Shown here one piece after another: positions 1 to 9,735 of a DNA stretch of 64,000 nt. This stretch comes from Polyangiaceae bacterium (GTDB lineage Bacteria > Myxococcota_A > Polyangia > Polyangiales > Polyangiaceae): positions 421,673-485,672 of the forward strand of contig JBILLK010000002.1 in the NCBI GenBank assembly GCA_044376115.1, written 5' to 3'. Numbering within the stretch: the stretch's first letter is position 1; each line of letters opens with the position of its first letter. Below the pieces are notes generated by a model, which saw only the letters and a list, made by a program, of their open reading frames with translations, had not been told where the DNA came from and made no database searches. The position numbers were made by a program, and so were the translations under genes.

Positions 1-202
1 CCACCTCGGCTTTAGCGAGGTGGTGCTCAAGGTGTTCGAGCGGGCCAGCTGGGCGACCGCGTTCTACGACGCGCTCGGATTCGCCGAATGGACCGACGAG
101 GTTCCTCCGAAACTACGAGAATGGCGGGAATCCAAGGTGGATACCGAGGACCGACCGCTGTTGCGACACGGCCAGAAATTACTCTGGCGAAAGTTAACAT
201 AA
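1..202 (+). CDS. 3' part of a probable GNAT-family N-acetyltransferase (truncated by window start)
   Basis: Frame open from base 2: HLGFSEVVLKVFERASWATAFYDALGF resembles the GNAT C-terminal motif (L.v...n..A..FY...GF); stop TAA at 200-202. Confidence 0.5.
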   Translation, partial: HLGFSEVVLKVFERASWATAFYDALGFAEWTDEVPPKLREWRESKVDTEDRPLLRHGQKLLWRKLT

Positions 203-235
203 TCTTTCTTATGCGACATTGCCCGGTACGAAAGC

Positions 236-257
236 GGGGCAGGTCTCTGCCTGCCCC
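236..257. terminator. Hairpin between convergent genes
   Basis: GGGGCAGG-tctctg-CCTGCCCC, 8-bp stem; only short A/T flanks. Confidence 0.4.
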
Positions 258-309
258 AAACGGCCAACCGCTCTAAATCGGCCAACCAGCGCCCGGCCGG
301 CCAGCGACC

Positions 310-1620
310 CTAAGCCTTCTTCTTTTTCGGAGCGACCGGCGGCTGAACCACGATCGACAACAGCTCTCCACCGTTGGTCATGACGAAGGCGTGCCGACCA
401 TACGCTGCTGGCGTCATCGCGATTTCACTGCCGGGCTCGATACCGTCAATAACGCCGCCTCGGGTTGGCTCGACCAAGAACACGCCATAACGCGTGGTTG
501 AAACGAGCAACGCTCCAGCTACCGGCACAGGCGCGCTGATACCGCCCTCCGGCAGCTTCCGACGCCATAGAGCTTCACCCGTATCCGGGTCGAGCCCCCA
601 AAGACCCGTACGGCCGGACGACGCGATAAGTATGCGCCGTTGAGGTGCGTCCGGACCGACCTGGCCGTTGGCTTTCGGGCGTGCGGGGTGCGCTGGTTGA
701 TCCCAGAGCAGCAGATTGGTCACGCCGACGGCATCGGCGTTCTTCCAGAGGATGCGCCCACCTTCAACGTCGAGCGCGTAAACGCCACCCTCGTAGTGGC
801 CCACAGCGACGGCCTGCGCTCCCTTCACCGAAAGCACGACTGGCGTCGTATCGGCGTCGAGGTACTGCGGCGGCTGGCCATCGGCGGCTTGTGCGTCTGC
901 AGAAAGGTCCACCGTGGGCCAAACCTCAGCGCCGTCCGACGTGGCGTAGGCCATGACAGCGCCGTCACTGAAGGCGGTGATCACCTTCTTGTTGGCAACG
1001 ACCGGGCCGGCCATGGCACCGATCTCGATGCCGAACGCTGGTTGACGCTTTTGGTAGTACTTGAGCTTGCCGGTGGTCTTGTTGATGGCGAGCAACGTGT
1101 CATTGGCGTTGACCATGAACAGCACGTCGCCGTCGAGTACTGGCCTTCTTGCGACCTCACCGTTCGACGAGAAGCGGAAGATCAGCTGCCCGTCGCTCGC
1201 GCGCACCTTGTAAAGCGCACCGTCGGTGGAACCGAAGTAGACGACGCCTTCACTCGCGTCGAAGAGCGGCTCACACTGCACCGGGCCCATCGTGCCGAAG
1301 CGCCAGAGGACGTCACCGCTGCGCGCATCCACGGCGTACAAACCACCGTCTTGCGAAGGAACGAATACGCGCAGGTTCTGCGGATCAATCGCAGGGCGCC
1401 CGCGCTCGTAGGGCTGGTCCTCAATGGCGTTCTTGTCGGTGAGTTGGCGGCGAAACGCGATCGAGAGCACGCCGCCCGGCCGATGGACCCACACTGGAAC
1501 CTCGGGCAGCGCGAGGCCCTGAAGCGACTCACACCCGGCGAGCAGCGGCGCGCCAAGCGCCACTACGCCCGAGTGGACACCAAGTTTCAACCAGCTGCGA
1601 CGAGAAAGCGCCAACGTCAC
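310..1620 (-). CDS. bamB: BamB-like PQQ beta-propeller outer-membrane lipoprotein
   Basis: Repeated LYA.D...G...W blades; lipobox LAGC; directly downstream of a yfgM-like gene (conserved yfgM-bamB order). Confidence 0.7.
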   Translation of the reverse strand: MTLALSRRSWLKLGVHSGVVALGAPLLAGCESLQGLALPEVPVWVHRPGGVLSIAFRRQLTDKNAIEDQPYERGRPAIDPQNLRVFVPSQDGGLYAVDARSGDVLWRFGTMGPVQCEPLFDASEGVVYFGSTDGALYKVRASDGQLIFRFSSNGEVARRPVLDGDVLFMVNANDTLLAINKTTGKLKYYQKRQPAFGIEIGAMAGPVVANKKVITAFSDGAVMAYATSDGAEVWPTVDLSADAQAADGQPPQYLDADTTPVVLSVKGAQAVAVGHYEGGVYALDVEGGRILWKNADAVGVTNLLLWDQPAHPARPKANGQVGPDAPQRRILIASSGRTGLWGLDPDTGEALWRRKLPEGGISAPVPVAGALLVSTTRYGVFLVEPTRGGVIDGIEPGSEIAMTPAAYGRHAFVMTNGGELLSIVVQPPVAPKKKKA

Positions 1621-3026
1621 TCGTCTCCGTGCTCGTCCGGCTGCTTCATCTGCTGCTCCAAGATCTTGCGGATCTCTTCGTCGCTAGGGCGACCATCGAT
1701 GCCGCCAAAGGGCGACTTCTTCTGCGCCGATGAAGGATCAATCGCCCGCAGGGCCTCGTTAGCGATGGTCCGAAGGTGTTGCTGCTTCAGACCGTCTTTG
1801 GTCGGGATTTGCAGCTTCTTCTCGAGCGCGACCAAAAGCTCTTTGGCCTTCTCGTTGTCGCCTTTGGCGGCGTGAATGCGAGCCTGGTGGTACTTGGCGA
1901 AGTCTGCGAACGACTTATCGACGTTCTCGAACTCGACGAACTGCGCCAGCGCAGCATCCCACTCTTTTTTGCCCTCGAGCGCGAAGCCCTTGCCCTCGGT
2001 CGCACGGGCCCGCACGTCGAGATCCGCTTTGGCGAGCGGGCTCTTGAGCACAGCCTCATACTTCGCGATGGCGTCGTCCCACTGGCCCTGCTGAAGATGC
2101 CCGCCGGCCTGACCGAGGACACCGAGCGTTCCGAGCCCGGACTCCTTCTGTTGCTCCGCGATCTTCGTGTAGCCAGCCATCAACGTCTCGTTGCGGGCGG
2201 CCTGGCTGGTGAAGACGGGCCGCGGATCGCGGGCCTTTTCCTCTTCACGGCGCGTATCTTTCGTCTCGCCCTCGAATACGAGCGCCGTCTCTGCATTGAC
2301 CGATTTCAGCAGCTCATCGGAGGCTGCGCCCGACTCAGCGGCTTTGCGATTGCTGTAGATGATGAAGGCGGCTGCAGCGCCGGCCGTGATCAACAAGCCA
2401 GCAACGATCTTGCGGAAATGACGGGTGAACCAGCGCCCGGTCCCTGCCGCAGCGCGGGCCAACTGATCGGATACGACCTCCCCCGCCGTGAGCCCGATGT
2501 CCGCCTTCTTTTCGAGCGACTCGCGCCGTCGGCGCAGCAGCTCCTTGGCGCGGGCGTTCTTGTCCTTGGGCAGCGGAGCCTTCGCGCGAGCGGCTTGCTT
2601 CGGCTTGGGCTCGTCCTCGTCTTCCGACTCTTCGCCCTCAGCACTGGCCTCGCCCTCAGCGTCGCCTTCGTCGTCCGCAGCGGCGGCCTTGGCTTCGCTC
2701 GGCTCCTCTTCGGTCTCCGCCGGGATGCCGCGTCGCGCATTGCGCCGTGCGAGCGCCTGTTGCTTGCGGCGGGCAGCCCGGTTTGCGGGAGCGGCAGCGG
2801 CAGACTCTTCAGCCTCGGCTTCATCGCCCGACTCTTCGTCCTCGTCGCCTGACTCTTCGTCGTCGTCGACGCCGAGCGCGCGCGCTACGCCCTCAGTCGA
2901 TTCGTGCCGGCGCGTCTTGGCGTCTGCGGAGCCGGACGCTTTCGAGCCTGCACTCTCCGGTGCATCCTCATCATCGTCACGGTCGTCGTCGACTTCACTC
3001 TTCTTCTTGCCTTTATCCGCAGCCAC
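1617..3026 (-). CDS. YfgM-like membrane-anchored TPR protein with long acidic N-terminus
   Basis: W...H.RKIVAGLLI TM segment followed by TPR-like helices; 4-bp overlap with bamB-like gene. Confidence 0.65.
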   Translation of the reverse strand: MAADKGKKKSEVDDDRDDDEDAPESAGSKASGSADAKTRRHESTEGVARALGVDDDEESGDEDEESGDEAEAEESAAAAPANRAARRKQQALARRNARRGIPAETEEEPSEAKAAAADDEGDAEGEASAEGEESEDEDEPKPKQAARAKAPLPKDKNARAKELLRRRRESLEKKADIGLTAGEVVSDQLARAAAGTGRWFTRHFRKIVAGLLITAGAAAAFIIYSNRKAAESGAASDELLKSVNAETALVFEGETKDTRREEEKARDPRPVFTSQAARNETLMAGYTKIAEQQKESGLGTLGVLGQAGGHLQQGQWDDAIAKYEAVLKSPLAKADLDVRARATEGKGFALEGKKEWDAALAQFVEFENVDKSFADFAKYHQARIHAAKGDNEKAKELLVALEKKLQIPTKDGLKQQHLRTIANEALRAIDPSSAQKKSPFGGIDGRPSDEEIRKILEQQMKQPDEHGDE

Positions 3027-3093
3027 GGCCGGGACTCTAGTACACGGTTCGCTCGGCGCGCTACCGTTGTCGGAGGGTTTGTTCAGCGGCGGG

Positions 3094-5898
3094 TCAATTC
3101 GTCGTTTCGAGCACAGGGACCAGGGCGCAGGCTTGGACCTTCACTCCTTGCGTCGCGTAGACCACGAAGGACACCTGCTCCCCCGGCTCAGCCCCCAGCT
3201 CTTGGGGCAACTCGGCAAAAACCTGCGTTGTGCCCTCCCCGCTCGGAATTACCATGGTGACGCTTCTGCTTTCGTCGAGCTGCGGCCTCGTCGACGGGAT
3301 GGCGGACTTTTTTTCCGATTGCAGCGGCTGGTCTTCACGCTTGCCAAGCCGCAATTCCCCTCCCTCCTCCGCCCCAACGCGGCATACCACCCGGACACGG
3401 CCATTCGTTCTTGTGCCTTTGGGCGCCTCCGGCACCACAAAATCGACAAGCACGCCGCTCGTGGCAAACCGTTGTAGCCGCTTGCTCTCCGCGTCACGGG
3501 TAGGCCCGCCGACGAAGCGCAACACGCCCGCCTTGGTCGCGTAGGAAAGCGCCTCGGGTGCCGGCTGCGCTCGACCGAGCAGCTCGATGATAGGCGCAGC
3601 CATTTCGGGGCCACCCCCGAGCTTCAGCAAGGATTCGGCGATCGCCTCCACCGCCTCCCCCTGAGCCGAACGGAGAGCATTGGCCAGCGCCGGTCGTGCA
3701 GCGTCCTCTCCCGTCGCCGCCAGTGCACGAGCCACGTCGATGGTTAGCCGAGGATCACGCAGTGCCACGATCAGTTCACCGACCACCTCTTGCCGACCCA
3801 AACCGCCAAGGGCGGCCGCCACTTCCCTCGCCCGCTCGACGCTCATGACCTCCTTATCGAGGAAGCGCTTCCCACCAAGCTTTTTTGGAAATGCCGCGCG
3901 CCATAACCCAAGCAGGACGTCCGCTCCACGGTTATCGCCGCTCTCCGCGAGCGCCAGAGCAGCCAACCGTGCGTTGTCGCTGTTGGGCTCGCTCAGGAGC
4001 TCGATTGCGAGCGGTGCACCGTCACCCAAACGCACCAGCGCGAGGGACAGCGCAGCCCGCACGTCTGCGTCGCTCTCAGACTCCATCGCCGCTCGCAAGT
4101 CCTTGAGTGCGGCCTTGTCACGCAGGTCATAGAGTTCGCGTGCAGCAGCTTTTCGTGTCCCAGCATCGGAGCTTGCGAGGCTCGAGCAAACCTCCTCGAG
4201 GGCTCCGGGGATGCCCAGCCGAGCTCGCAACGCGGATTCATGCAGGGCCGAGTTGCCCTCCCCCTTCGCCGAGGCCAAGACCTTGGCGCGCTTCGTCGCC
4301 ATCGCGGCGAGCAGGCGTGTTCGGTCGGCCGTGCGCAGTCTGCCAACGTCTTGCTTTTGCGCAGGGTCGGCGTCGAGGTCGAACAGGCTGCAGTTGACGT
4401 TGCGCGAACAAACGAGCCGCAGCGAGCCCTCGCCATACACCGACATCGACGTGCTCTTCGACAAAAAGCTTGGTTCGGAGACGCTCTCGTTCGCGAGCAA
4501 ATCGAGCAATACCCGACCTTGCCGTTCTTCGAGCAGCGGTGGGCCAAGCAGCATGAGAAGCGTGGGCGCGAGGTCGACGAGCGATACCAACTCGGTTGGC
4601 CGCTTGGCCTGCAATGCGGCCGGCCCCTGCTCCCCCGTGTGCAAGATGAGCGGAACGCGCACGAGCTCCTCGTAGACGGTGCTCTCGCCGTAGACCCGCC
4701 GGCGATCCCCGAAGCCAGTGCCCGAAGTCGCCGCAAACACCAGCACGGTTTGGGGCGATCGTGCGCGCGCAGCGGCTAGCAACGCGCCCACCCGACGATC
4801 CACCTCGGAGGCCCACGCTGCCTGGCGTTGTGGGGCCGAACCGACAACGCCGTTGGGAGGTGAAACGTCGGGCGCACGGAAGTGGACCCAGGTGAACTCG
4901 CCCGGGGTTCGCTCGGTGTGCGAGCTGGGAGGCTGGGGCTCGCCGTCCCGTGCGACCCAACGCAAGAGGTCGGCCTCGTTGAGCGCCTTCGGGGACTCGG
5001 CGAACATACGCTCCGCGACGGCCAAGCCCGCGCTGGGCATCGCTGGGCTGCTGATGAAGCGCGAACGTCGACGGCCAACCCGGAACGCATCGCCGATCGT
5101 TGGTAGGTCGTGCATCCTTTCAGCTTCGATCCACTCTCCAACGTGCACGCTCGTCGCTAGCGAAAGCAGCGCCTGAAGCTCGTCGGTCGATGCCGTGTAC
5201 GCATACTGGAAGTCCACCCCCGTCTTCGCTAGCTGGTCGAGCACTGGGGTTTGTGCGCTTGGGTTGCCGTGTACTCCGAGCGAATCCCAGCGCACTTGAT
5301 CGGCCGTCACGAGTAGGACGCTCCAATCCGAGGAAAGCCTCAGTTGCGGCGGATCGCTGGGCTCGACCGGCGGTGGTGTTGGAGGTGGCTGTGGATCGAC
5401 GAGCTCAACGACGCGCGCCCCGAGCAGCGCCAGCGAAGCACGCGGCTCTCTCACGTTCGACCCGGCGACGCTCCACGCCGCTAACCCGAAGCTGCTCAAA
5501 CCGAACAGTGCACCGGCCAGTCGCACCCGACCCATCCACGACGGTTTTGTGCGCGCAAAAGCGCGAAGTGCGGCCTCGAGAGCGACGGCGGAGAGGACAG
5601 CCCCGAGCGCAGCCGCGGCTTCGCCGTGAAGCCTTTGGGGGACCAACATCAGGCCGACGGCGAGAGCGAGCGTCGCTCCAGCAACCCCTTGGTCGAGGCG
5701 CAGGGACCCGGGCCAGACCGCTAATAGAAGGCGCCCTGCAAGCACCCCCAAGAAACCGAACCCCGGCGCAACGATCGCCATCAGCGCCAATTCGAAGGCG
5801 CTGCCGTGAACGCCTAGCCAGCCGATCGCGCCGACAAACAAAACCGCCGCTGCACCTTCACCGGGCAGCGGCAGATTGTTGCGGAACGCGCGGCTCAA
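3094..5898 (-). CDS. Membrane protein: TM helices + degenerate sulfatase-like domain + HEAT repeats
   Basis: N-terminal hydrophobic helices; LLVTADQVRWD, TP.LD.LA, VPLI, LVDLAPTLL, LFDL..DP sulfatase-fold motifs; R.AAA..L HEAT-like repeats. Confidence 0.7.
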   Translation of the reverse strand: MSRAFRNNLPLPGEGAAAVLFVGAIGWLGVHGSAFELALMAIVAPGFGFLGVLAGRLLLAVWPGSLRLDQGVAGATLALAVGLMLVPQRLHGEAAAALGAVLSAVALEAALRAFARTKPSWMGRVRLAGALFGLSSFGLAAWSVAGSNVREPRASLALLGARVVELVDPQPPPTPPPVEPSDPPQLRLSSDWSVLLVTADQVRWDSLGVHGNPSAQTPVLDQLAKTGVDFQYAYTASTDELQALLSLATSVHVGEWIEAERMHDLPTIGDAFRVGRRRSRFISSPAMPSAGLAVAERMFAESPKALNEADLLRWVARDGEPQPPSSHTERTPGEFTWVHFRAPDVSPPNGVVGSAPQRQAAWASEVDRRVGALLAAARARSPQTVLVFAATSGTGFGDRRRVYGESTVYEELVRVPLILHTGEQGPAALQAKRPTELVSLVDLAPTLLMLLGPPLLEERQGRVLLDLLANESVSEPSFLSKSTSMSVYGEGSLRLVCSRNVNCSLFDLDADPAQKQDVGRLRTADRTRLLAAMATKRAKVLASAKGEGNSALHESALRARLGIPGALEEVCSSLASSDAGTRKAAARELYDLRDKAALKDLRAAMESESDADVRAALSLALVRLGDGAPLAIELLSEPNSDNARLAALALAESGDNRGADVLLGLWRAAFPKKLGGKRFLDKEVMSVERAREVAAALGGLGRQEVVGELIVALRDPRLTIDVARALAATGEDAARPALANALRSAQGEAVEAIAESLLKLGGGPEMAAPIIELLGRAQPAPEALSYATKAGVLRFVGGPTRDAESKRLQRFATSGVLVDFVVPEAPKGTRTNGRVRVVCRVGAEEGGELRLGKREDQPLQSEKKSAIPSTRPQLDESRSVTMVIPSGEGTTQVFAELPQELGAEPGEQVSFVVYATQGVKVQACALVPVLETTN

Positions 5899-6371
5899 AC
5901 GAAGCGGATGTCGAGGATCTCGTAGTTGCGCGAGCCGACCGGCAACTTGACCGTTACCTCGTCCCCTACGACGTGGCCCAAAAGCGCCTTCGCCAGCGGC
6001 GAAGCGACCGAAATCCTGCCCTCGTCGAGGTTCGACTCATCGGGGCCCACGATTTGGTACTTGATCTCGTCGCCGGTATCGACGTTCGACAAGACCAACT
6101 GCGCACCGAACTGAACCTTCGAACTCTTGATCTTCGAAGGGTCAATCACCTCGGCACGGTTGAGGCTCCCCTCGATGTGCGAGATGCGAGCGACAATCAT
6201 CCCCTGCCGCTCGCGCGCTGCGTGATACTCGGCGTTCTCTTTGAGATCCCCGTGTTCACGCGCAGTGGCGATGTCTTTGATCACCTGGGGCAGCTCGATT
6301 TCGCGGAGCTTTTTGAGCTCTTCGCGGAGGCGAGCTTGCCCCTCCTTGGTCATGGGAACCTTTTCAGACAT
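5895..6371 (-). CDS. greA: Transcription elongation factor GreA
   Basis: AREHGDLKENAEYHAA and ISVASPLAKALLG signatures. Confidence 0.97.
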   Translation of the reverse strand: MSEKVPMTKEGQARLREELKKLREIELPQVIKDIATAREHGDLKENAEYHAARERQGMIVARISHIEGSLNRAEVIDPSKIKSSKVQFGAQLVLSNVDTGDEIKYQIVGPDESNLDEGRISVASPLAKALLGHVVGDEVTVKLPVGSRNYEILDIRFV

Positions 6372-6436
6372 GGCTTCTCTGGCTTAGTTCACAACGAGCG
6401 CCATGGGAATTGGTTTCACGTTGGGCGGTTGGCCGA

Positions 6437-6865
6437 TCAGTCGACAGCGACGTTGGTCTTGAGCACATCCCGGCCCGAAGGCTTGGTTACGTCTGCGCTC
6501 GGCTCGGGAGTAATCGTCACCTCAAAAGCCTTGAAGGTGGTGTTGAAGGAGTGCTCACCGGAGTAGTCGGAGTCCACCTTGATGGCGCCCATGTTCTGGA
6601 TATTGGCGTCCTCTTTGCCCTTCGGCATCACCCAAACCACGTAAACCGTGGCTGAGGAGTTGAGCTTTGCCGGGTCACCGAGATGGTCCACCTTGACCAC
6701 GTACGAGCCATTTCCATCCTCGGAGACCGAGTTCACCGAAACCTCACCCTTTGCAAACACCGCCTCACGATCCGGAACCATCGCGAAAGTGGCTCCTCCA
6801 CAAGCAGGCAGCGCAAACAAAGCGAGAGCAAAGAAGCAGCGTCCGAGCGACTTGAAGTTGACCAT
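6437..6865 (-). CDS. Lipoprotein, RskA C-terminal-like beta domain
   Basis: Lipobox LPAC; YVVWV and FEVTITPEP motifs. Confidence 0.5.
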   Translation of the reverse strand: MVNFKSLGRCFFALALFALPACGGATFAMVPDREAVFAKGEVSVNSVSEDGNGSYVVKVDHLGDPAKLNSSATVYVVWVMPKGKEDANIQNMGAIKVDSDYSGEHSFNTTFKAFEVTITPEPSADVTKPSGRDVLKTNVAVD

Positions 6866-6974
6866 GCGCGCACTTTAGTCGGTAGCGAGTCGACGTAAAG
6901 TATTGCGACCTGCAGGCCTCACCCACCCCTCGGCCGCGTAGTTTTTTCGACGATGCTGAACTTTCGGGCTAAGC

Positions 6975-8372
6975 ATGCGCGCGATGAGCACGCTTCTCAG
7001 CCGCAAAGCTACGTTTACAAGCCTCTTGGCCCTGCTGACCTTCGGTTGTGGAGCCGAGCCCGGCCCGGCGCCTTCTTCCGGCCCATCCTCCAGCGCACCG
7101 GTGGCTTCGGTACCGGCGCCCGCCGCCACCTTGGTCCCGGGCGCTGGCTCGGCGGTTCCGACCGCTTCGACAACGGCGACCGCAGCAGCTCCGTCGACCG
7201 AAAAGCTCAACGTGCTCGTGCTGAGCATCGACGCTTTGCGCGCCGACCACACCGCGATGGGCGGGCACAACCCGGAGGTCATGCCGAACCTCAACGCCTT
7301 CGCGAAGCAAGCGGTCGCCTACTCGAACTTCCGTTCGCTCAGCTCGTTCACTTCGCAAACCATCGGCGGCTACCTCGGCTGCCGCTACCCCAGCGAGCTC
7401 AAGCGAAGCGGTAGCTTCTTCGGCGCGTACCCTGACGACGAGCTGCTCTTTCCCGAACTCCTGCAGCAGGCGAAGGTCCGAACGATGAGCGGCCACGCCC
7501 ATTTCTACTTCGGCAAGGCGGGCTTCCAGCAAGGCTTTGACGCCTACGAAATGGTGCCGGGTATCAAGAAGAACAACACCACGGACGAGAGCATCACCAG
7601 CCCCGCCCATACCGAGCTCATCCTGCGCCAGCTCTCGGATCCGGCGACCGCCAAGCAACCCTTCTTCGCCTGGTATCACTTGATGGACGCTCACGACGTC
7701 TACAAGGAGCACAAGGAGGGCAAGAGCTTCGGCAAAGGTCAGAAGGACTTGTACGACGGCGAACTCTACTTCGTAGACCAACATCTCAAGAAGATCCTCG
7801 ACTTCGTCGATGCCGCGCCGTGGGGCAAAAACACGATGGTGGTGTTGACCGCAGATCACGGCGAAGCCTTTGGCGAACACAAGATGACGCGCCATGGCTT
7901 CGAACTTTGGCAGGTGCTCACGCACGTGCCGCTGCTCGTGCGCGCGCCGGGCATCAAGCCGCGGCAAGTGGACAAGCTGCGCAGCATGATCGACCTGTGT
8001 CCGACCATCTTGGATACCTTCGGCGTGAAGATGGATCCGTCCTTCCATGGTCAATCGCTGTGGCCCGAGCTCCGCGGCGAAGACCAACCGGATCGAGACG
8101 TGATCACCGATCTCGCTCGCTCGAGCGACAACGACCGACGTCGGACCTTTCAGCGCGGCACGTTCAAATTGGTCGAGCTAGGCGACGGGGACGGCTACCA
8201 GCTCTTCGATCTGGCGAGCGATCCGAAGGAGGAAACGGATCTCGCTCGCAAGAACAAAGACAAGGTCAACGAGCTGCGCAGCGCAATGACCGAGGCGCTC
8301 AAGCCCGTTAAAGACATTTGTCCGAAGCGGACCGAGAACCTGAAAAACCGCAAGAAGGGCAAGCCCTGTTAG
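6975..8372 (+). CDS. Lipoprotein of the alkaline phosphatase/sulfatase superfamily (start may be 6984)
   Basis: Lipobox TFGC, Pro/Ala linker, SIDALRADH, MDAHD, TADHGE, HG metal ligands. Confidence 0.85.
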   Translation: MRAMSTLLSRKATFTSLLALLTFGCGAEPGPAPSSGPSSSAPVASVPAPAATLVPGAGSAVPTASTTATAAAPSTEKLNVLVLSIDALRADHTAMGGHNPEVMPNLNAFAKQAVAYSNFRSLSSFTSQTIGGYLGCRYPSELKRSGSFFGAYPDDELLFPELLQQAKVRTMSGHAHFYFGKAGFQQGFDAYEMVPGIKKNNTTDESITSPAHTELILRQLSDPATAKQPFFAWYHLMDAHDVYKEHKEGKSFGKGQKDLYDGELYFVDQHLKKILDFVDAAPWGKNTMVVLTADHGEAFGEHKMTRHGFELWQVLTHVPLLVRAPGIKPRQVDKLRSMIDLCPTILDTFGVKMDPSFHGQSLWPELRGEDQPDRDVITDLARSSDNDRRRTFQRGTFKLVELGDGDGYQLFDLASDPKEETDLARKNKDKVNELRSAMTEALKPVKDICPKRTENLKNRKKGKPC

Positions 8373-9346
8373 AGAGCCGGTGCGACGGCGGGCTGGGGCT
8401 CGATCTCGAAGCGATCGAGCCCTCCGGCCTCTGCGGCAGGAATTGTACGCAGCGATAGTCCAGCGCAAGTGAACTCGCTGAGGACGTTCGGCGAGCTTGG
8501 GCGCGTGCAACTTGGCTCCACGCTGACCTTGGCACCAAAAGCGCCCTCACTGATCTCAACCGCTCGCGCGTGCGCGAGCGCCCGATCTTGCGAGCGTTGA
8601 CCGTCGAGCGGCCGCGTTGCGAACGTCTCCTCGAGTCGCAGGAACAGCTCCTCCCCTTCCACCCTCGCGCGCAGCGGGCGACCACTGAGGTCCTCCTCGA
8701 GCACCACCGACATCACGAGCACTCGCTCGACGAGACCGCTCGCGGTTGGCACCTGATAGCCGAACTCGAGGTCTTTGCTGCATACCCGCGCGGTCTCGGA
8801 GGTTGTGCAACGAGGCGCAGGGAGGGCAAGCGAGTACGTTGTCACGAACTCGGCTGGCCCCTCTGAGACGGGCCCTTGATAGACCGCTGGGTCGAGCAGT
8901 AGGTCCACGTAGAACGCCACTTCCTGTCGTGCGATCTCCCGCTCGCCTTGGGCCGTTCGCAGGCGGGCCTCGGTGTTGCGCGCAGCCGTCGTCAGCGAAT
9001 CGGGCCGCGCAGCAAGCTCCTCGATCGCTTGCAACCTTGAACGAACCTCCGGTGCATGAGGCCCTTGTGGCAGCGCGGCGAGGTAGCTCTCCAAGCCGGC
9101 CTGGCTGGTCTGACGCGACTTGTAGAAGAGCGGTTCTGCCGCGTTCAACGAGGCGCGCACTTCATCGGCGTAAACCCCCGTCGGATACTCCTCGAGGTAG
9201 AGGTTGGCGGCCCGCATGCGCTCGTCGAGCGTAGGTTGTGCCCGGGTTCTGCGATAGGCAGCGTACTCGTAGGGTGAGGCCGAAAGCCAACTGCAAGCAC
9301 TGCAAAGCAGGGCTCCCACCACGATGGCGCTCTTCGCGCGGCTCAT
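8369..9346 (-). CDS. Hypothetical lipoprotein
   Basis: ATG 9346 with GGAGGAG SD and ATGA overlap with upstream gene; lipobox CSAC; YL..YP.G repeats. Confidence 0.7.
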   Translation of the reverse strand: MSRAKSAIVVGALLCSACSWLSASPYEYAAYRRTRAQPTLDERMRAANLYLEEYPTGVYADEVRASLNAAEPLFYKSRQTSQAGLESYLAALPQGPHAPEVRSRLQAIEELAARPDSLTTAARNTEARLRTAQGEREIARQEVAFYVDLLLDPAVYQGPVSEGPAEFVTTYSLALPAPRCTTSETARVCSKDLEFGYQVPTASGLVERVLVMSVVLEEDLSGRPLRARVEGEELFLRLEETFATRPLDGQRSQDRALAHARAVEISEGAFGAKVSVEPSCTRPSSPNVLSEFTCAGLSLRTIPAAEAGGLDRFEIEPQPAVAPAL

Positions 9347-9735
9347 GGCTCCTCCGGATTGGGTTGGCCCGCACCATCCAACGGGCAGAAGTTGCATTCG
9401 GTCGGCAACGTGGCGCCTTCCTCAGCGGTAAACTCTGCATACTGCTCGCAGCCTTCGGCTCGCAGCGCATCCAGACAGACCTCCCCATCGTGAACCAGCG
9501 GGTAACAATCCTCCGGAAAATCCAGGCCGACATCGCCAGCGCAGGCTTGTGAACACAGACTCGTCGTCAGCCCGCACACGCTACATTGCTCACAGTCCAC
9601 CGCGGCCTTGGCGCGAAAGAACTTCTCTGAGTCGAGCAGCTCAGCCTCTTGCCCGCACGAACCAATGTTGCCGACCGATGGGGCCATGCAGAAGAGCAAG
9701 AGACCGATAGGCAACGTCGCCTTCGCTCGCTTCAT
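9343..9735 (-). CDS. Small Cys-rich secreted protein
   Basis: ATG 9735 overlaps upstream stop (ATGA); signal-like N-terminus; about a dozen Cys. Confidence 0.65.
   Translation of the reverse strand: MKRAKATLPIGLLLFCMAPSVGNIGSCGQEAELLDSEKFFRAKAAVDCEQCSVCGLTTSLCSQACAGDVGLDFPEDCYPLVHDGEVCLDALRAEGCEQYAEFTAEEGATLPTECNFCPLDGAGQPNPEEP

Noticed and set aside
640..2852. Long antisense ORFs (e.g. 640-1875, 1776-2852, 5100-6566, 40136-41728, 57897-59066, 61764-63092)
   Set aside because: They mirror well-supported genes on the other strand; expected from GC-rich codon bias; no protein motifs
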